Assembly (NCBI GenBank): GCA_965215885.1
Contig: CBDCEW010000047.1
Location: forward strand, 1 to 58,928
Origin: Candidatus Moanibacter sp.
GTDB taxonomy: Bacteria > Verrucomicrobiota > Verrucomicrobiia > Opitutales > UBA2987
Direction: 5' to 3'
DNA: 58,928 nt
Part shown: piece by piece, positions 10,483 through 20,270 of the stretch
How positions within the stretch are numbered: position 1 is the first letter of the stretch
Layout of the letters: each line of letters begins with the position of its first letter
Notes under the pieces: generated by a model
Databases searched by the model: none
Told to the model about the DNA's origin: nothing
What the model saw: only the letters and a program-made list of their open reading frames with translations
Translations under genes and position numbers: made by a program

Positions 10483-12399
10483 GACCTTATCCGAAAAGCT
10501 ACTGATTGGCCGCAAAGAGGCGCAAAAGGCGCAAGAAAAACTTGAGAAAAATCATTTTTTGGCTTGATAAAAAGTGTCGCAACATGCTAGTGTTTAACAA
10601 CCTAAGATTAAGAAAGGAGTTAAACATGCCAACATGTGCGACAGAGGAGAACAAAAGCGATAAGACGCCCCTTAGCAACCTCATTCTGCCGGTTCCAGAC
10701 ACGGATTTCCGTGATTTTCTGGATGAAGTTGAAGAATTGGCCGGGTTCGCGCCGCAAATCATCGAGGCGATCGAGAAGGATCTGGACGCCCATGCGCGTG
10801 AGAAGAAGAAACTTCGATTGGAAGATCGCAGGTTCTTTGAAGGGCGCACAGCGGACCTGCCGGAGCTGGACATCGAGGAGGAGAATATTCTGGCTGCTGA
10901 ATTGAATCTTGGGGCAGGCCGGCCGCGGATGCCGGCTTATGCGGTATACGTGTTCGTGATGCTTCGAGGGTTTCTGGGTTCGTTGACCACGAAACCGGCA
11001 CGGCGGTTTGTGCGCGAGTCGATGAGCTTGTACGGATTTTTGCAGAGCGGGGGACTGAGAATGCCGGCGGTGACGACGATTCTGGAGAACGTGAACCTGG
11101 TCAGCCATACGACCCGCGAGTTGATCTTTGATAAACAGATTGGGTTTATCCTCCAGGAGCAATGGGACGATTTCGGGAAGCTGACGATCGACAGCACCTC
11201 GGTGAAAGCAAACAGCTGCTGGCCCACCGATGGGAAGATTCTGAGCGGTCTTTTGATGCGGGCCAATCGTTTGGGTCAGAAGTTGCATGTCTTCGGGCTG
11301 GAGGATTTTCGCAAGGGATGGGTTGGGCGTTGGCTGGAGGAAATGGACAAGCTGGAGTTTCAGATTTGTCTGGCCGCGGGCAAACCGAAGTCGAAGGGCA
11401 AGCTGAAGAAACACTACCGGCGGTTGCTCAAGCGGGGCCGCAAGGCGGCCGACTCACTAACGGGGGAACTGAGCCATCTTGAAGAGGGCCTGTCGATGGA
11501 TTCACTGCCTCCCACTCGCCGGGAGCTTCTGGAGCGGGCATTGAGCCAGATCAGGGGCGATATTGCCGACGCCAAGCGGGTTGTTGAGTATGCTCATGAT
11601 CGGGTGTTTCACGAAAAGAAGCTACCGTCCACACAGAAGGTCCTGAGCCTCTCGGACGGATCGGCGGCCTACATCAAGAAGGGCAGCCGCAATCCAGTGA
11701 TCGGGTACAAGCCACAACTGGTTCGCAGCGAAAACGGTTTTGTCACCAGCCTGATCGTACCGCAAGGCAACGCGGCAGACTCCATTGAGCTGGCGCCGGC
11801 CATCGGCGATTCGATCAAGCGCACCGGTGTCATTGCTGAACTGGTCAGCACCGATGACGGATATGCTTCGGCGAAGGGACGCAAGGAGGTGCTGAGCATG
11901 GGGGTAAAGCAGATCAGTATCAGTGGGGCGAAGGGCAAGAAGTTGACCACCCCCGAGGACTGGGAGAGCGAGGCGTATCGCGAGGCACGCCGCGATCGCT
12001 CCGCAGTGGAGTCGCTGATGTTCACGATTAAAGATGGATTTGCCTTTGGCGAACTCGGCCGCCGCGGCATCGATGCGGTAGGCGATGAACTGCTCGAGAA
12101 GGTTCTGGCCTACAACTTCTGCCGCATCATACTGATGAAGAAACGCCGAGGGGAGGAACTGGAACAGGCAGCCTGAATCTGACCGCTTTGAAGCTCAGAG
12201 AAAAAAGCACCACGGGATGAGTATGCCTCCAGACAGCGGCAAATATACGTATTGTGCAGCAAGCCACGCCGATGGCCGCTCAATACCTGCTCATCGGCAG
12301 CGCCGGCAGCCTAAAACCCGAAACCTGCCAGCCATAGGCTGGTCCGCCCGTGGCGGAGAACCTTAAACCGCCCGCTCGAAAGGCTTTTCGAATGGGGTC
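10483..12399 (+). mobile_element. IS5/ISNCY-like IS, copy 1 (1917 bp)
   Basis: TIRs GACCTTATCCGAAAAGC / GCTTTTCGAATGGGGTC flanked by TA; near-identical inverted copy at 39959-41875. Confidence 0.9.
10626..12176 (+). CDS. DDE transposase, IS5/ISNCY-like (~516 aa)
   Basis: TIDSTSVKAN, STDDGY, RSAVESLM; AAGGAG RBS before ATG 10626 (ORF track extends to 10506). Confidence 0.85.
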   Translation: MPTCATEENKSDKTPLSNLILPVPDTDFRDFLDEVEELAGFAPQIIEAIEKDLDAHAREKKKLRLEDRRFFEGRTADLPELDIEEENILAAELNLGAGRPRMPAYAVYVFVMLRGFLGSLTTKPARRFVRESMSLYGFLQSGGLRMPAVTTILENVNLVSHTTRELIFDKQIGFILQEQWDDFGKLTIDSTSVKANSCWPTDGKILSGLLMRANRLGQKLHVFGLEDFRKGWVGRWLEEMDKLEFQICLAAGKPKSKGKLKKHYRRLLKRGRKAADSLTGELSHLEEGLSMDSLPPTRRELLERALSQIRGDIADAKRVVEYAHDRVFHEKKLPSTQKVLSLSDGSAAYIKKGSRNPVIGYKPQLVRSENGFVTSLIVPQGNAADSIELAPAIGDSIKRTGVIAELVSTDDGYASAKGRKEVLSMGVKQISISGAKGKKLTTPEDWESEAYREARRDRSAVESLMFTIKDGFAFGELGRRGIDAVGDELLEKVLAYNFCRIILMKKRRGEELEQAA

Positions 12400-12401
12400 T
12401 A

Positions 12402-13019
12402 GAAAAGCTGCTTCTCATTCGCCACGGACAGACGGAATGGAATGTTGAAGGCAGAGTTCAAGGACACTTGGACTCGTGTCTAACGAAACTGGGGCGGGAA
12501 CAAGCCTCGTCGGTCGGAAGGTTACTAAATTCGCAATTTGCAGCAGAATCGGACGTGCTTATATTTTCCAGCCCGCTTGGACGAGCTTGGGAAAAGGCAG
12601 TCATTGTCTCTCGAGCGATCGGTATCGATGCAGGCGAGATTGAAACTGCCGATGCCCTTATGGAGTGTCACTACGGGCGATGGCAGGGACTATCTGAAGA
12701 ACAGGTGGATGATCGATATCCGGGAGAGCGGGCACTCCGGGAAGCCAAAAAAAAATGGCACTTCCGAATTCCTGGAGGCGAGTCGTACGAGGATCTTGCT
12801 GAAGGAGCCAAGGTTTGGCTCGAACAGGTTCTAAGCCACTCAGTAGTTGTGTGCGTTGCCCACGAGATGATAAATCGGGCAATAAGAGGAATAGCGCTGA
12901 ATCTTCCGACTGCGAGGATCTTGAAACTCCATCAACCGAATGATCGCATCATAAAGATCGAGAATGGTACCGAGGAGATGCTTAAAGCAAAACAAGGCGC
13001 GCCAGTAAACTCGGGCTAA
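12402..13019 (+). CDS. Histidine phosphatase (phosphoglycerate mutase family); start codon lost at the IS junction
   Basis: EKLLLIRHGQTEWN, SSPLGRA, ECHYGRWQG, PGGES, VAH; followed by an attC. Confidence 0.85.
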   Translation, partial: EKLLLIRHGQTEWNVEGRVQGHLDSCLTKLGREQASSVGRLLNSQFAAESDVLIFSSPLGRAWEKAVIVSRAIGIDAGEIETADALMECHYGRWQGLSEEQVDDRYPGERALREAKKKWHFRIPGGESYEDLAEGAKVWLEQVLSHSVVVCVAHEMINRAIRGIALNLPTARILKLHQPNDRIIKIENGTEEMLKAKQGAPVNSG

Positions 13020-13049
13020 CGCCCTTCCGCCTGCGCTTTGACGTTCTAC
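12987..13049 (+). other. Integron attC site
   Basis: R'' GCAAAAC, arm GCGCCAG, arm CTGCGC (one unpaired base), R' GTTCTAC; 63 bp. Confidence 0.65.
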
Positions 13050-13056
13050 AAAAAAA

Positions 13057-13815
13057 TTGAATTACTTCGACTTTAACACATCAGCGAAGCGATACGCCAA
13101 AGGGCGTCCCTATTTCCATCCGCTTGTCATCGAGAAGATCGTCACATTCACTGGCTGCGATCGGTTTGAACACGGAATCGACGTTGGATGTGGCACGGGG
13201 CAGTCTAGCCGAGCATTGCGAAAGATCGCCGACAACGTCACTGGAACTGATGTATCGGATGAAATCATCAACTTTGCGCCTCGGGAAGAAGGTCTCCAGT
13301 ATGTTTGCTGTCCGGCCGAGGAACTCGTGGTTGAAGACAAAGCCTTCGATATCATGACGCTGGCACTTGTGTTTCATTGGCTGGATCGAGAAGCATTCTT
13401 TCGTGAGGCACGAAGAGTCCTACAACCTGCTTCTTGGATGATTATCTACCAAAACGGATTTTCCGGGAAAATGAAAGGCAATCCAGATTACGCGGAATGG
13501 AACAAGGAGCAATATGTCCAGAAATATCCGACTCCACCAAGAAATACGTCACCGTTTAACGGAGAAATCGCAGACTCCTACGGCTTCGAATTACTCGAGA
13601 AAGAGAATTTCTCCAATCAAGTGGAAATGTCCCTTGAGGAGTGGATTTGCTACCTCTCGACACAAAGTAACATGATCGCCGCCATAGAAAGCGGAAGAGA
13701 GCGAGCGAAAGAAGCACTGGGATGGCTTCATAATGAATTGGACTCAATCTTTACCGCCGAGAAGGAAGTATTCAATTTTGTTGGAAACATCACCTATCTC
13801 AAGATGAAGGCTTAG
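13057..13815 (+). CDS. Class I SAM-dependent methyltransferase
   Basis: YAKGRPYF, IDVGCGTGQS, FHWLD. Confidence 0.9.
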   Translation: MNYFDFNTSAKRYAKGRPYFHPLVIEKIVTFTGCDRFEHGIDVGCGTGQSSRALRKIADNVTGTDVSDEIINFAPREEGLQYVCCPAEELVVEDKAFDIMTLALVFHWLDREAFFREARRVLQPASWMIIYQNGFSGKMKGNPDYAEWNKEQYVQKYPTPPRNTSPFNGEIADSYGFELLEKENFSNQVEMSLEEWICYLSTQSNMIAAIESGRERAKEALGWLHNELDSIFTAEKEVFNFVGNITYLKMKA

Positions 13816-13869
13816 AACAAGGTGGAGCAGGTGATGGCCTCTGGCCATACCTGTCCTTTAGCGTTCGCA
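13812..13869 (+). other. Integron attC site
   Basis: R'' TTAGAAC overlaps the stop codon; GGAGCAGG / CCTGTCC with one extra base; inner ATGGCC-TCT-GGCCAT; R' GTTCGCA; 58 bp. Confidence 0.75.
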
Positions 13870-13876
13870 GGAGAAG

Positions 13877-14470
13877 ATGAACACTAGCCGAGCTGTCTTT
13901 CTCGATCTCAACGGGACCATCGTGCTGCCCCTGAAGCAGGAATCTTTAGACGAGATGACTTTGATTCCCGGTGCTGACGCCGCGATCAAGCGCCTTCTCG
14001 CCAAGGGCTTCATCTGCCCCGTCGTTACAATCCAAGCCCGGATAGAGAAAGGCCTTTTCACGGAGAAAGAATTTCGCAGTTGGTTTGACAGGTTCTTCGG
14101 GGACCTGAGTGTCGACGTGAAAGGTCCTTATATTTGTCCACATAGATACACCTACCGCTGTCCCTGTGAGAAACCCAACCTGTTGCTGTACGAGCAAGCG
14201 GCACACGACTTCTCGATCGACCTGTGCCGCTCATACACAATCGGTGATAGTCTCCAGGATGTCGAAGCGGCGCGTCGCTTTGGTGGAACCGGTTGCCTCG
14301 TCAGGACTGGGTGGGCATCCAAGCACTCGGTTTTTGAAGAGGCCAGACCATCAGCGACATTCATTGGCGACACCATTGTGGATGCCGTAAACTGGATATT
14401 GACCAGAGAGAAGGAGAGCCGCGAACGATTTCCTCCAAGCGATCTCCCAAAGGCCGCGCTTGAGGAGTGA
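13877..14470 (+). CDS. HAD IIIA phosphatase (GmhB/HisB-N-like)
   Basis: VFLDLNGT, CPHRYTYRCPCEKP, TIGDS, LVRTG. Confidence 0.85.
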   Translation: MNTSRAVFLDLNGTIVLPLKQESLDEMTLIPGADAAIKRLLAKGFICPVVTIQARIEKGLFTEKEFRSWFDRFFGDLSVDVKGPYICPHRYTYRCPCEKPNLLLYEQAAHDFSIDLCRSYTIGDSLQDVEAARRFGGTGCLVRTGWASKHSVFEEARPSATFIGDTIVDAVNWILTREKESRERFPPSDLPKAALEE

Positions 14471-14478
14471 CGTTAGAT
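14420..14478 (+). other. Integron attC site (59-base element)
   Basis: R'' CGCGAAC; L'' TCCTCCAAGCG vs L' CGCTTGAGGA (one extrahelical base); R' GTTAGAT matches the GTTRRRY consensus. Confidence 0.8.
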
Positions 14479-14511
14479 CTCTACTCTCTGTTAGAGGAAG
14501 TTCGTCAACAG

Positions 14512-15021
14512 ATGGATACCGAAACACAGCAAGCTGCGAAGGAATACGAAGAATTCCAGGTAGAAACGGGAGGGCAGGACGTGATCGCTGCTTGGTTTCC
14601 TTCCCTCGACGTCCCGAGGGGCAACGTCACGGATCTGCAGGTGTCTGCTTAACGGATCGGGGCAAACTGGTACTGATTACGCAAGATGGAGAGAGTTGGG
14701 GCTTTCCCTCCGGAAGACCGAAGGGGAACGAGTCGTGGGAGGAAACATTGCGACGGGAAGTGAAGGAAGAAGCCTGTGCAGAAGTAATGGATGCGAAGCT
14801 ACTCGGTTTTTGCCGTGGAGAATGTGTTAGAGGCCACGAAAAGGGACTCGTGTTGGTGCGCTCATTTTGGTTGGCCAGTGTGCAACTCAAGAAGTGGGAA
14901 CCAGAGCCCGAAACTTTCGCGCGAAAGCTAGTCCGGCCCGATCAGGTCCTGTCGGAACAGGCACCTGATGAATTCGCCATGATACATCACCGTGTGCTTA
15001 TCGTCGCCGGAATGTTGAAAG
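14512..15021 (+). CDS. NUDIX hydrolase, frameshifted, C-terminus abuts IS66
   Basis: WGFPSGRPKGNESWEETLRREVKEEA Nudix box. Confidence 0.75.
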
Positions 15022-15080
15022 GTAAGCGACCGGGCAACGACCTTGTAGCGCAAAGATGCCGACCGTGATATGATTATGGG

Positions 15081-15446
15081 ATGGGAGAAAAAACGAGAGG
15101 GCGGACACGGTCGAAGCGAATCGTTCGACGAAGTCGGCAGGAGCGCAGGCGACTGATAAGCGCATACCGTCGCAGCAATCAGACGCAGAGGGCGTTTGCC
15201 CAGCGGCACGGTATCAAGTATATGACCTTTATGGGATGGCTGCGCAAGGACCGGGCCGGGCACAGAAGCAGCGGGGTAAAATCGGCGGGGGCGCGGTTTG
15301 CCGAAGTTACGGTGCAGAGCAGCGCGGTCACGGAGGATCGGATCGAGATCGTCTTAGGGGACCCGATACGGGTGGAGGTGGACTGCGGTGTTGCGGTGGA
15401 ACAAGTGGCGAGTCTGGTGAAGGCGTTGAGGGAATCGGGATGCTGA
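15081..15446 (+). CDS. tnpA: IS66 accessory protein TnpA
   Basis: QTQRAFAQRHGIKYMTFMGW HTH; FAEV; overlaps tnpB. Confidence 0.85.
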   Translation: MGEKTRGRTRSKRIVRRSRQERRRLISAYRRSNQTQRAFAQRHGIKYMTFMGWLRKDRAGHRSSGVKSAGARFAEVTVQSSAVTEDRIEIVLGDPIRVEVDCGVAVEQVASLVKALRESGC

Positions 15447-15790
15447 GCTTACCGGGAACGATGAAGGTTTTCCTGGCCGTGGGAGTAACGGATCTGCGAA
15501 AGAGCTTTAATGGTCTCTACGCCCTGGCGGCCAATCAGCTCAAGGAAGACCCGTTGAGCGGAGCGGACTTTGTCTTCTGCAATCGCAGCCGGGACCGGGT
15601 CAAGATTCTGTATTGGGACGGCACGGGGTTATGGGTTTTCGCAAAGCGATTAGAGAAGGGTCGGTTCAGCTGGCCGCAGGGAGTGGACTTGAAAGATCAG
15701 AAGCTTCCATTGCGCCCTGAAGCGTTGAGCATGCTCTTGAACGGGATCGACCTGAGGGAGGGGAAGATGCGGCCCTGGTATCAGCGTTAG
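15440..15790 (+). CDS. tnpB: IS66 accessory protein TnpB
   Basis: TDLRKSFNGL, KILYWDGTGLW, KRLEKGRF. Confidence 0.95.
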   Translation: MLSLPGTMKVFLAVGVTDLRKSFNGLYALAANQLKEDPLSGADFVFCNRSRDRVKILYWDGTGLWVFAKRLEKGRFSWPQGVDLKDQKLPLRPEALSMLLNGIDLREGKMRPWYQR

Positions 15791-15858
15791 GTCAAAAAAA
15801 GTGATTTTTTTGAAAAAAGTATTGCTTTTCTTATTACCGTTAGTTTAGTATTGTTTTC

Positions 15859-17361
15859 ATGCCTGAAGTCGAGGTTTTGCAAACAGAGCTGGAGCAACTC
15901 CGAGAGGAGAATCGGCTTTTACGTCAGAAGATCGGCTGGCTCATTAAGCGCTACTTTGGAGGCAACCAAAGCGAGCGGATCGATCCGGGACAGCTGGAAT
16001 TGCTCCTGGCCGGGCTGGAGCAGGCCGAGGAAAACAAACCCGCTGAGCAAACGGCAGAGCCACCACCCGAGCCGAAGGCGCGCAAAGGAGCTGGGGCGAG
16101 GCGACAGCGTCTGCCCGAGCACCTGGAAGTCGAAGAGATCGTAATCGAACCCGAAGCGGTGAAGGTTGAACCGCAAAAGTGGCGGTTGATCGGTGAGGAA
16201 GTCACTGAAGAGTTAGATTTGCTCCCGGCCCGATTTATCAGGCGGCGCTATATACGGCGCAAATATGTATCTCGCGAAAAGCCCCAGGAACCTCCCGTGC
16301 TGGCGCCATTACCATCGCGGCTGATTGAAAAAGGGATCCCTGGAGTGGGGCTTTTGGTGCACATATTACTGAGCAAATACGTCGATCACCTGCCGTTGTA
16401 TCGGCAGGAGAAGATTTTCCGGGAACGCTACGGAGTAAGGGTGGCGCGCCAGAGCATGCTCGATTGGATCCACCAGGTAGCGCAATGGCTAAAACCCATC
16501 TACAACTACATGTGCTTACAATTGTTCGAGGGCGGTTACATCCAGGCGGACGAAACGCCCATCCGCTACCTGGATCCGGACGCAGGCAAGAAAGAGGGCT
16601 GCAGGAAAGGATACCTGGGGGTCTACGGGCGACCCGGCGGCGAGGTGCTCTACGACTGGCACACAGGCCGTGGGGTAAAATGTCTCGAGCAGTTCCTCAA
16701 CGGATACGAAGGGTTGCTCCAAACCGACGGTTACGCAGCCTATGGCAGTTTCGCCCGGGAGCATAACGGGATTACCCTGTTTGGGTGCTGGGCACACCTG
16801 CGACGCAAATTTGTGGAGGCGATGGATGAGAATCCGAAGCTGGCCGGCTGGGTGGTGCGGCAGATCCACAATCTCTACAGAGACGAGCGCCCTCTGCGCG
16901 AACAGCGGGCCGGTCCCGCCTTGCGCGAAGCCTACCGGAAAAGCCATGGTCGGATGATCGTGGAACGCTTGGGCAAAGCCTTGCCTATACTCAAACGGCG
17001 GGCCTTGCCGCGGAGCAAAATGGGTGAAGCCGTTGAGTATGCTCTGAACCAGTGGGAATCACTCAAGCGCTACCTCGAGCATGGCAAGGTTGAAATCGAC
17101 AATAACCTCATTGAGAATGCTATCCGGCCGACCGCCCTGGGAAAGAAAAACTGGATGTTCATCGGCCACCCCAAGGCCGGTTGGAGAAGCGCCGTAATTT
17201 ACTCGATCATTGAGAGTTGCCGGCGGCACGCAATTGAACCATCCGCTTACCTCACTGACGTCCTCAAAAGATTGCCGGACATGAACATCACCGAGATCGC
17301 CGAACTCGCTCCGGCGAATTGGAAGCCGACCCGAACAGGCGAACCGCTCGCAGCCTCTTGA
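15859..17361 (+). CDS. tnpC: IS66 transposase TnpC
   Basis: SKYVDHLPLYRQ, QADETP, QTDGYAAY, CWAHLRRKF, IDNNLIENAIRP. Confidence 0.95.
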   Translation: MPEVEVLQTELEQLREENRLLRQKIGWLIKRYFGGNQSERIDPGQLELLLAGLEQAEENKPAEQTAEPPPEPKARKGAGARRQRLPEHLEVEEIVIEPEAVKVEPQKWRLIGEEVTEELDLLPARFIRRRYIRRKYVSREKPQEPPVLAPLPSRLIEKGIPGVGLLVHILLSKYVDHLPLYRQEKIFRERYGVRVARQSMLDWIHQVAQWLKPIYNYMCLQLFEGGYIQADETPIRYLDPDAGKKEGCRKGYLGVYGRPGGEVLYDWHTGRGVKCLEQFLNGYEGLLQTDGYAAYGSFAREHNGITLFGCWAHLRRKFVEAMDENPKLAGWVVRQIHNLYRDERPLREQRAGPALREAYRKSHGRMIVERLGKALPILKRRALPRSKMGEAVEYALNQWESLKRYLEHGKVEIDNNLIENAIRPTALGKKNWMFIGHPKAGWRSAVIYSIIESCRRHAIEPSAYLTDVLKRLPDMNITEIAELAPANWKPTRTGEPLAAS

Positions 17362-17425
17362 ACCCGGACACTGCCAGGATCCTCGCGCATGCCGCGATCC
17401 ATAGGGCAGTTCACCGGTCGTTTAC

Positions 17426-18007
17426 GATGGGCTGACCGTTCACCGGGAGGCATGGAGCCGAACACTTCGGTCCTGCGGATGCAGCGACGAGTCGACGATA
17501 GAAAAGGCTTCGCAGATTCATAGGCAGCTTGAACGGGAGGCATATTGTCTGTTCGAAGATGTGTCCGAGCTGTTCAATGCGCTCAGGAATACAGGTCTTC
17601 CGGTTGGACTTATTACGAACGGAGCTTCAGATATTCAACGGACCAAGCTAGACGCTTTAGGGATAGAAGACTGGTTTAATGTGATCGTCGTATCCGGTGA
17701 GGTGGGTAAAGCAAAACCCGATGCGTCCATTTTTGAAGTCGCTCTCAATGAGCTGGGTCTCGAACCGCACGATGTTTGGCATATTGGCGACAATCTGGAG
17801 GCGGATGTGGCCGGCGCGAAAGCAGCGGGACTTACAGCTGTCTGGTTAAATCGTAGCGGGCGATTGCGAAGGGAAAGCGATACGGAGCCACATATCGAGA
17901 TTCGCACTCTCTCGCAGTTGCTGAAGGAGTTTCCAATTCTGGCGTCAGGCACAGGCCCTGAGTCTCTCGAACGGGCAACTAAAAAGGAAGAAGAGAACCG
18001 CAGATGA
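17426..18007 (+). pseudogene. HAD hydrolase (YjjG-like), 5'-truncated at the IS66 right end
   Basis: GLITNG, KAKPD, HIGDNLEADVAGA; N-terminal DxD motif missing. Confidence 0.75.
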
Positions 18008-18068
18008 ACGCAAATGGACACAAATGAAGGAGAAAGCCCCACGAATTCGAGAACGCCGCGGATTGATT
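17975..18068 (+). repeat. Partial copy of the composite repeat at 22129 and 37161
   Basis: GAAGAAGAGAACCGCAGATGAACGCAAATGGAC...CCACGAATTCGAGAACGCCGCGGATTGA. Confidence 0.7.
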
Positions 18069-18258
18069 TAGGTTCCAAGATCGAATTAGGTTTCAACCGC
18101 GTTCGTGCCAGCTGAGCGAGATTGGGCGTTGGATGTTGGGATCCCAGCGCACCGGGACTCCGCAGCATTGCGGATAGGAGAGGAAGAAAATCGTTTGCAA
18201 TCTACCTAAAGCGAGTAAGTGACCAAACCTGATAGTGATAAAGATTGGCTAAAAGAAC

Positions 18259-18702
18259 ATGAGCATCTATGCTACATTGTGGAAACGGAAGTTTCCCAAC
18301 GAGGGCGATGAATACATCGACTGTGACTGGATAGAAGTCACGGCCCAAGGTGTTCCTCCTTAGTTCGGGTCACCTACGGCCGGTGTGGGGTATGAAGCTG
18401 GTGATCCATACGGTAGGTTCCTTCCTCCGCCAGTTAAAACTGATGAAAATGGCGATGCTCCATTCATGCGGGCAGTAATTTTTATGACTGAATATTCTGT
18501 GAAAAGATCGGACCGCAATGGACAGGAATACCTGAGTCCGTTGCTGGTGCTGTCAGGACAAGAATACGCACAGATCACTTTCGAGGATCTCCACACCCGT
18601 CTGTGCGACGCGCTACGCGGAAACCGGGCACCCGTTGTCGGCCAGATCCTGGACTCGGACGGAAAGCACAGGATTGTCAGAGGCAAGAATACGGACAGAT
18701 AA
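18259..18702 (+). CDS. Hypothetical protein with an internal TAG at 18361
   Basis: MSIYATLWKRKFP...AQGVPP*FGSP...GQEYLSPLLVLSGQEY in one frame; followed by an attC left arm (GCCGAACAAGG). Confidence 0.55.
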
Positions 18703-18749
18703 GAGCCGAACAAGGCTGCTGGAGACAACCCCAACGGACCGGTCACGCA

Positions 18750-18849
18750 AGCTACAGATGTTTCCCAGAAACCCGGCGAGAAGACTTTACGTACGACTGG
18801 GATTTAAGGAGGTTAGGAGAACGGAAACGCACATCCACATGATTTGGCA
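18750..18849 (+). pseudogene. GNAT C-terminal remnant
   Basis: LQMFPRNPARRLYVRLGFKEV. Confidence 0.6.
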
Positions 18850-18923
18850 ATCTAACAAAACCAATTCGGGTAATACAGAATCCCACTGCACCGGATCCGG
18901 ATAAGTGATCGGCCGCGTTGGCA
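18850..18923 (+). other. Probable attC site
   Basis: R'' ATCTAAC and R' GTTGGCA 9 bp before the next ATG; L boxes weak. Confidence 0.5.
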
Positions 18924-18932
18924 CACTGAAAA

Positions 18933-19460
18933 ATGGCGGTTGCTCCAATAATTTCTACTGAACGGTTGACTCTTCGTCAGGTCGAGACGGATGACGCGAT
19001 TGATGTATTCTCCTATACACTGAATCCCGGAGCCTTACGCTACACTACAGGCGTGACGCCAAGGTCGATTCACGAGACCAGACGATTCATTGATGGCTTA
19101 CTCGAGAAACCCGATGATGCTTACGCCTGGGCGATACTGGTGGAGGATGACCCTAAGGTTTCCGGTATTCTCGAATTTGCGGTGAATAGAGATATTGGCA
19201 CGGTGGACTATGGTCTTGCAGTGGAATATTGGAATCGTGGATACATGACCGAATCTGTAAGAGCCATTATGAATTGGGCCTTTTCGGAATATCCGGACCT
19301 CCTGAAAATCACCGCGTCGGCCATGACTGCGAACAACGCTTCAATCAGAGTTCTGGAAAAGTGCGGAATGCATTTTGAGTCGAAACGGTTTGATCGATGG
19401 GGCAAGTTCAAAGAGCCGGTGGAGTTGGTCCGATATTCCATCGGGCGCGAAAAACCGTAA
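18933..19460 (+). CDS. GNAT acetyltransferase, RimJ/RimL family
   Basis: ISTERLTLR, YWNRGYMTE, NNASIRVLEKCGM. Confidence 0.9.
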   Translation: MAVAPIISTERLTLRQVETDDAIDVFSYTLNPGALRYTTGVTPRSIHETRRFIDGLLEKPDDAYAWAILVEDDPKVSGILEFAVNRDIGTVDYGLAVEYWNRGYMTESVRAIMNWAFSEYPDLLKITASAMTANNASIRVLEKCGMHFESKRFDRWGKFKEPVELVRYSIGREKP

Positions 19461-20166
19461 AGGAGCTAACCGATTCACTCAACCTCTAATACGATGCTGC
19501 TTCGTTGAAGCCAGTGATCGAAATTTAGCGAATTCACGAAATAAGTCACTATGGGACGAGGCTTATACGACCGGAAGATACGCCGAATTGTGGGACTCCC
19601 GATCTCCTTCTCCTGAACTCGTAGCTTTGGTATCTGCGGGAATAATTCCCCGTGAAGGCCGAGTCCTGGATATAGGATGTGGAGCGGGACGAGAATCGAT
19701 TTTTCTCGCTAAATGTGGGTACACTGTCGTGGGAGTTGATCTCAGTGAAAAGGCTTTAGAAATCGCAAAGGGAAGATGCAAAAAGACTGGAGTCAGTGTG
19801 TCTTGGATTCAGGGAAATGCTCTGGACCTACGTGTCGAAGATGATTCAATAGGCTTTGCCAATGACCGCGGCTGTTTTCACCACATAAAGGATGCCGACA
19901 GGTTTCGATACGCAGCCGAAATTGCAAGGGTTCTTCAACCAGGGGGCTGTCTCTTGCTAAGAGGTTGCCGTATGGAAGACTTTGAAACGGGACTGGCTAC
20001 AGGGATGAAATTCGTTCCAATCACGCAGGGCGTTATCGACCATTTTTTCCGGAAGGAGGAATTCTCCCATTCTCCAGTTCAGGAGATTCCTGGCGTATCG
20101 GACGGAGGTATTCTGCCCTGCAATCTCACGGTAATTCGGAAAAACGAAAGAGCTCCAAACCGCTAA
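19375..20166 (+). CDS. SAM-dependent methyltransferase (true start probably near 19525-19550)
   Basis: VLDIGCGAGRES, GVDLS, DRGCFHH, LQPGG. Confidence 0.8.
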   Translation: MSRNGLIDGASSKSRWSWSDIPSGAKNRKGANRFTQPLIRCCFVEASDRNLANSRNKSLWDEAYTTGRYAELWDSRSPSPELVALVSAGIIPREGRVLDIGCGAGRESIFLAKCGYTVVGVDLSEKALEIAKGRCKKTGVSVSWIQGNALDLRVEDDSIGFANDRGCFHHIKDADRFRYAAEIARVLQPGGCLLLRGCRMEDFETGLATGMKFVPITQGVIDHFFRKEEFSHSPVQEIPGVSDGGILPCNLTVIRKNERAPNR

Positions 20167-20222
20167 CGAGACTGTCCCGGCCGATGTCGGCAAGATGACG
20201 CAGGCCGGACATTCCGGCAGCC
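20161..20222 (+). other. Degenerate attC (R' lost)
   Basis: R'' CGCTAAC contains the stop codon; TGTCCCGGCC / GGCCGGACA with one extra base; no GTT at the R' position. Confidence 0.5.
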
Positions 20223-20270
20223 AAACTTGAAAGCCACTAAGAGTGAAGAGGAGTCACAGAGAATTCTAGT

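Larger units (their letters stand above)
15022..17425 (+). mobile_element. IS66-family element, copy 1
   Basis: TIRs GTAAGCGACCGG / CCGGTCGTTTAC; tnpA-tnpB-tnpC layout; no matching 8-bp TSD. Confidence 0.95.

Noticed and set aside
15440..15790. IS66 TnpB as an RNA-guided TnpB nuclease
   Set aside because: Name coincidence only: a 116-aa accessory protein with no RuvC or zinc finger
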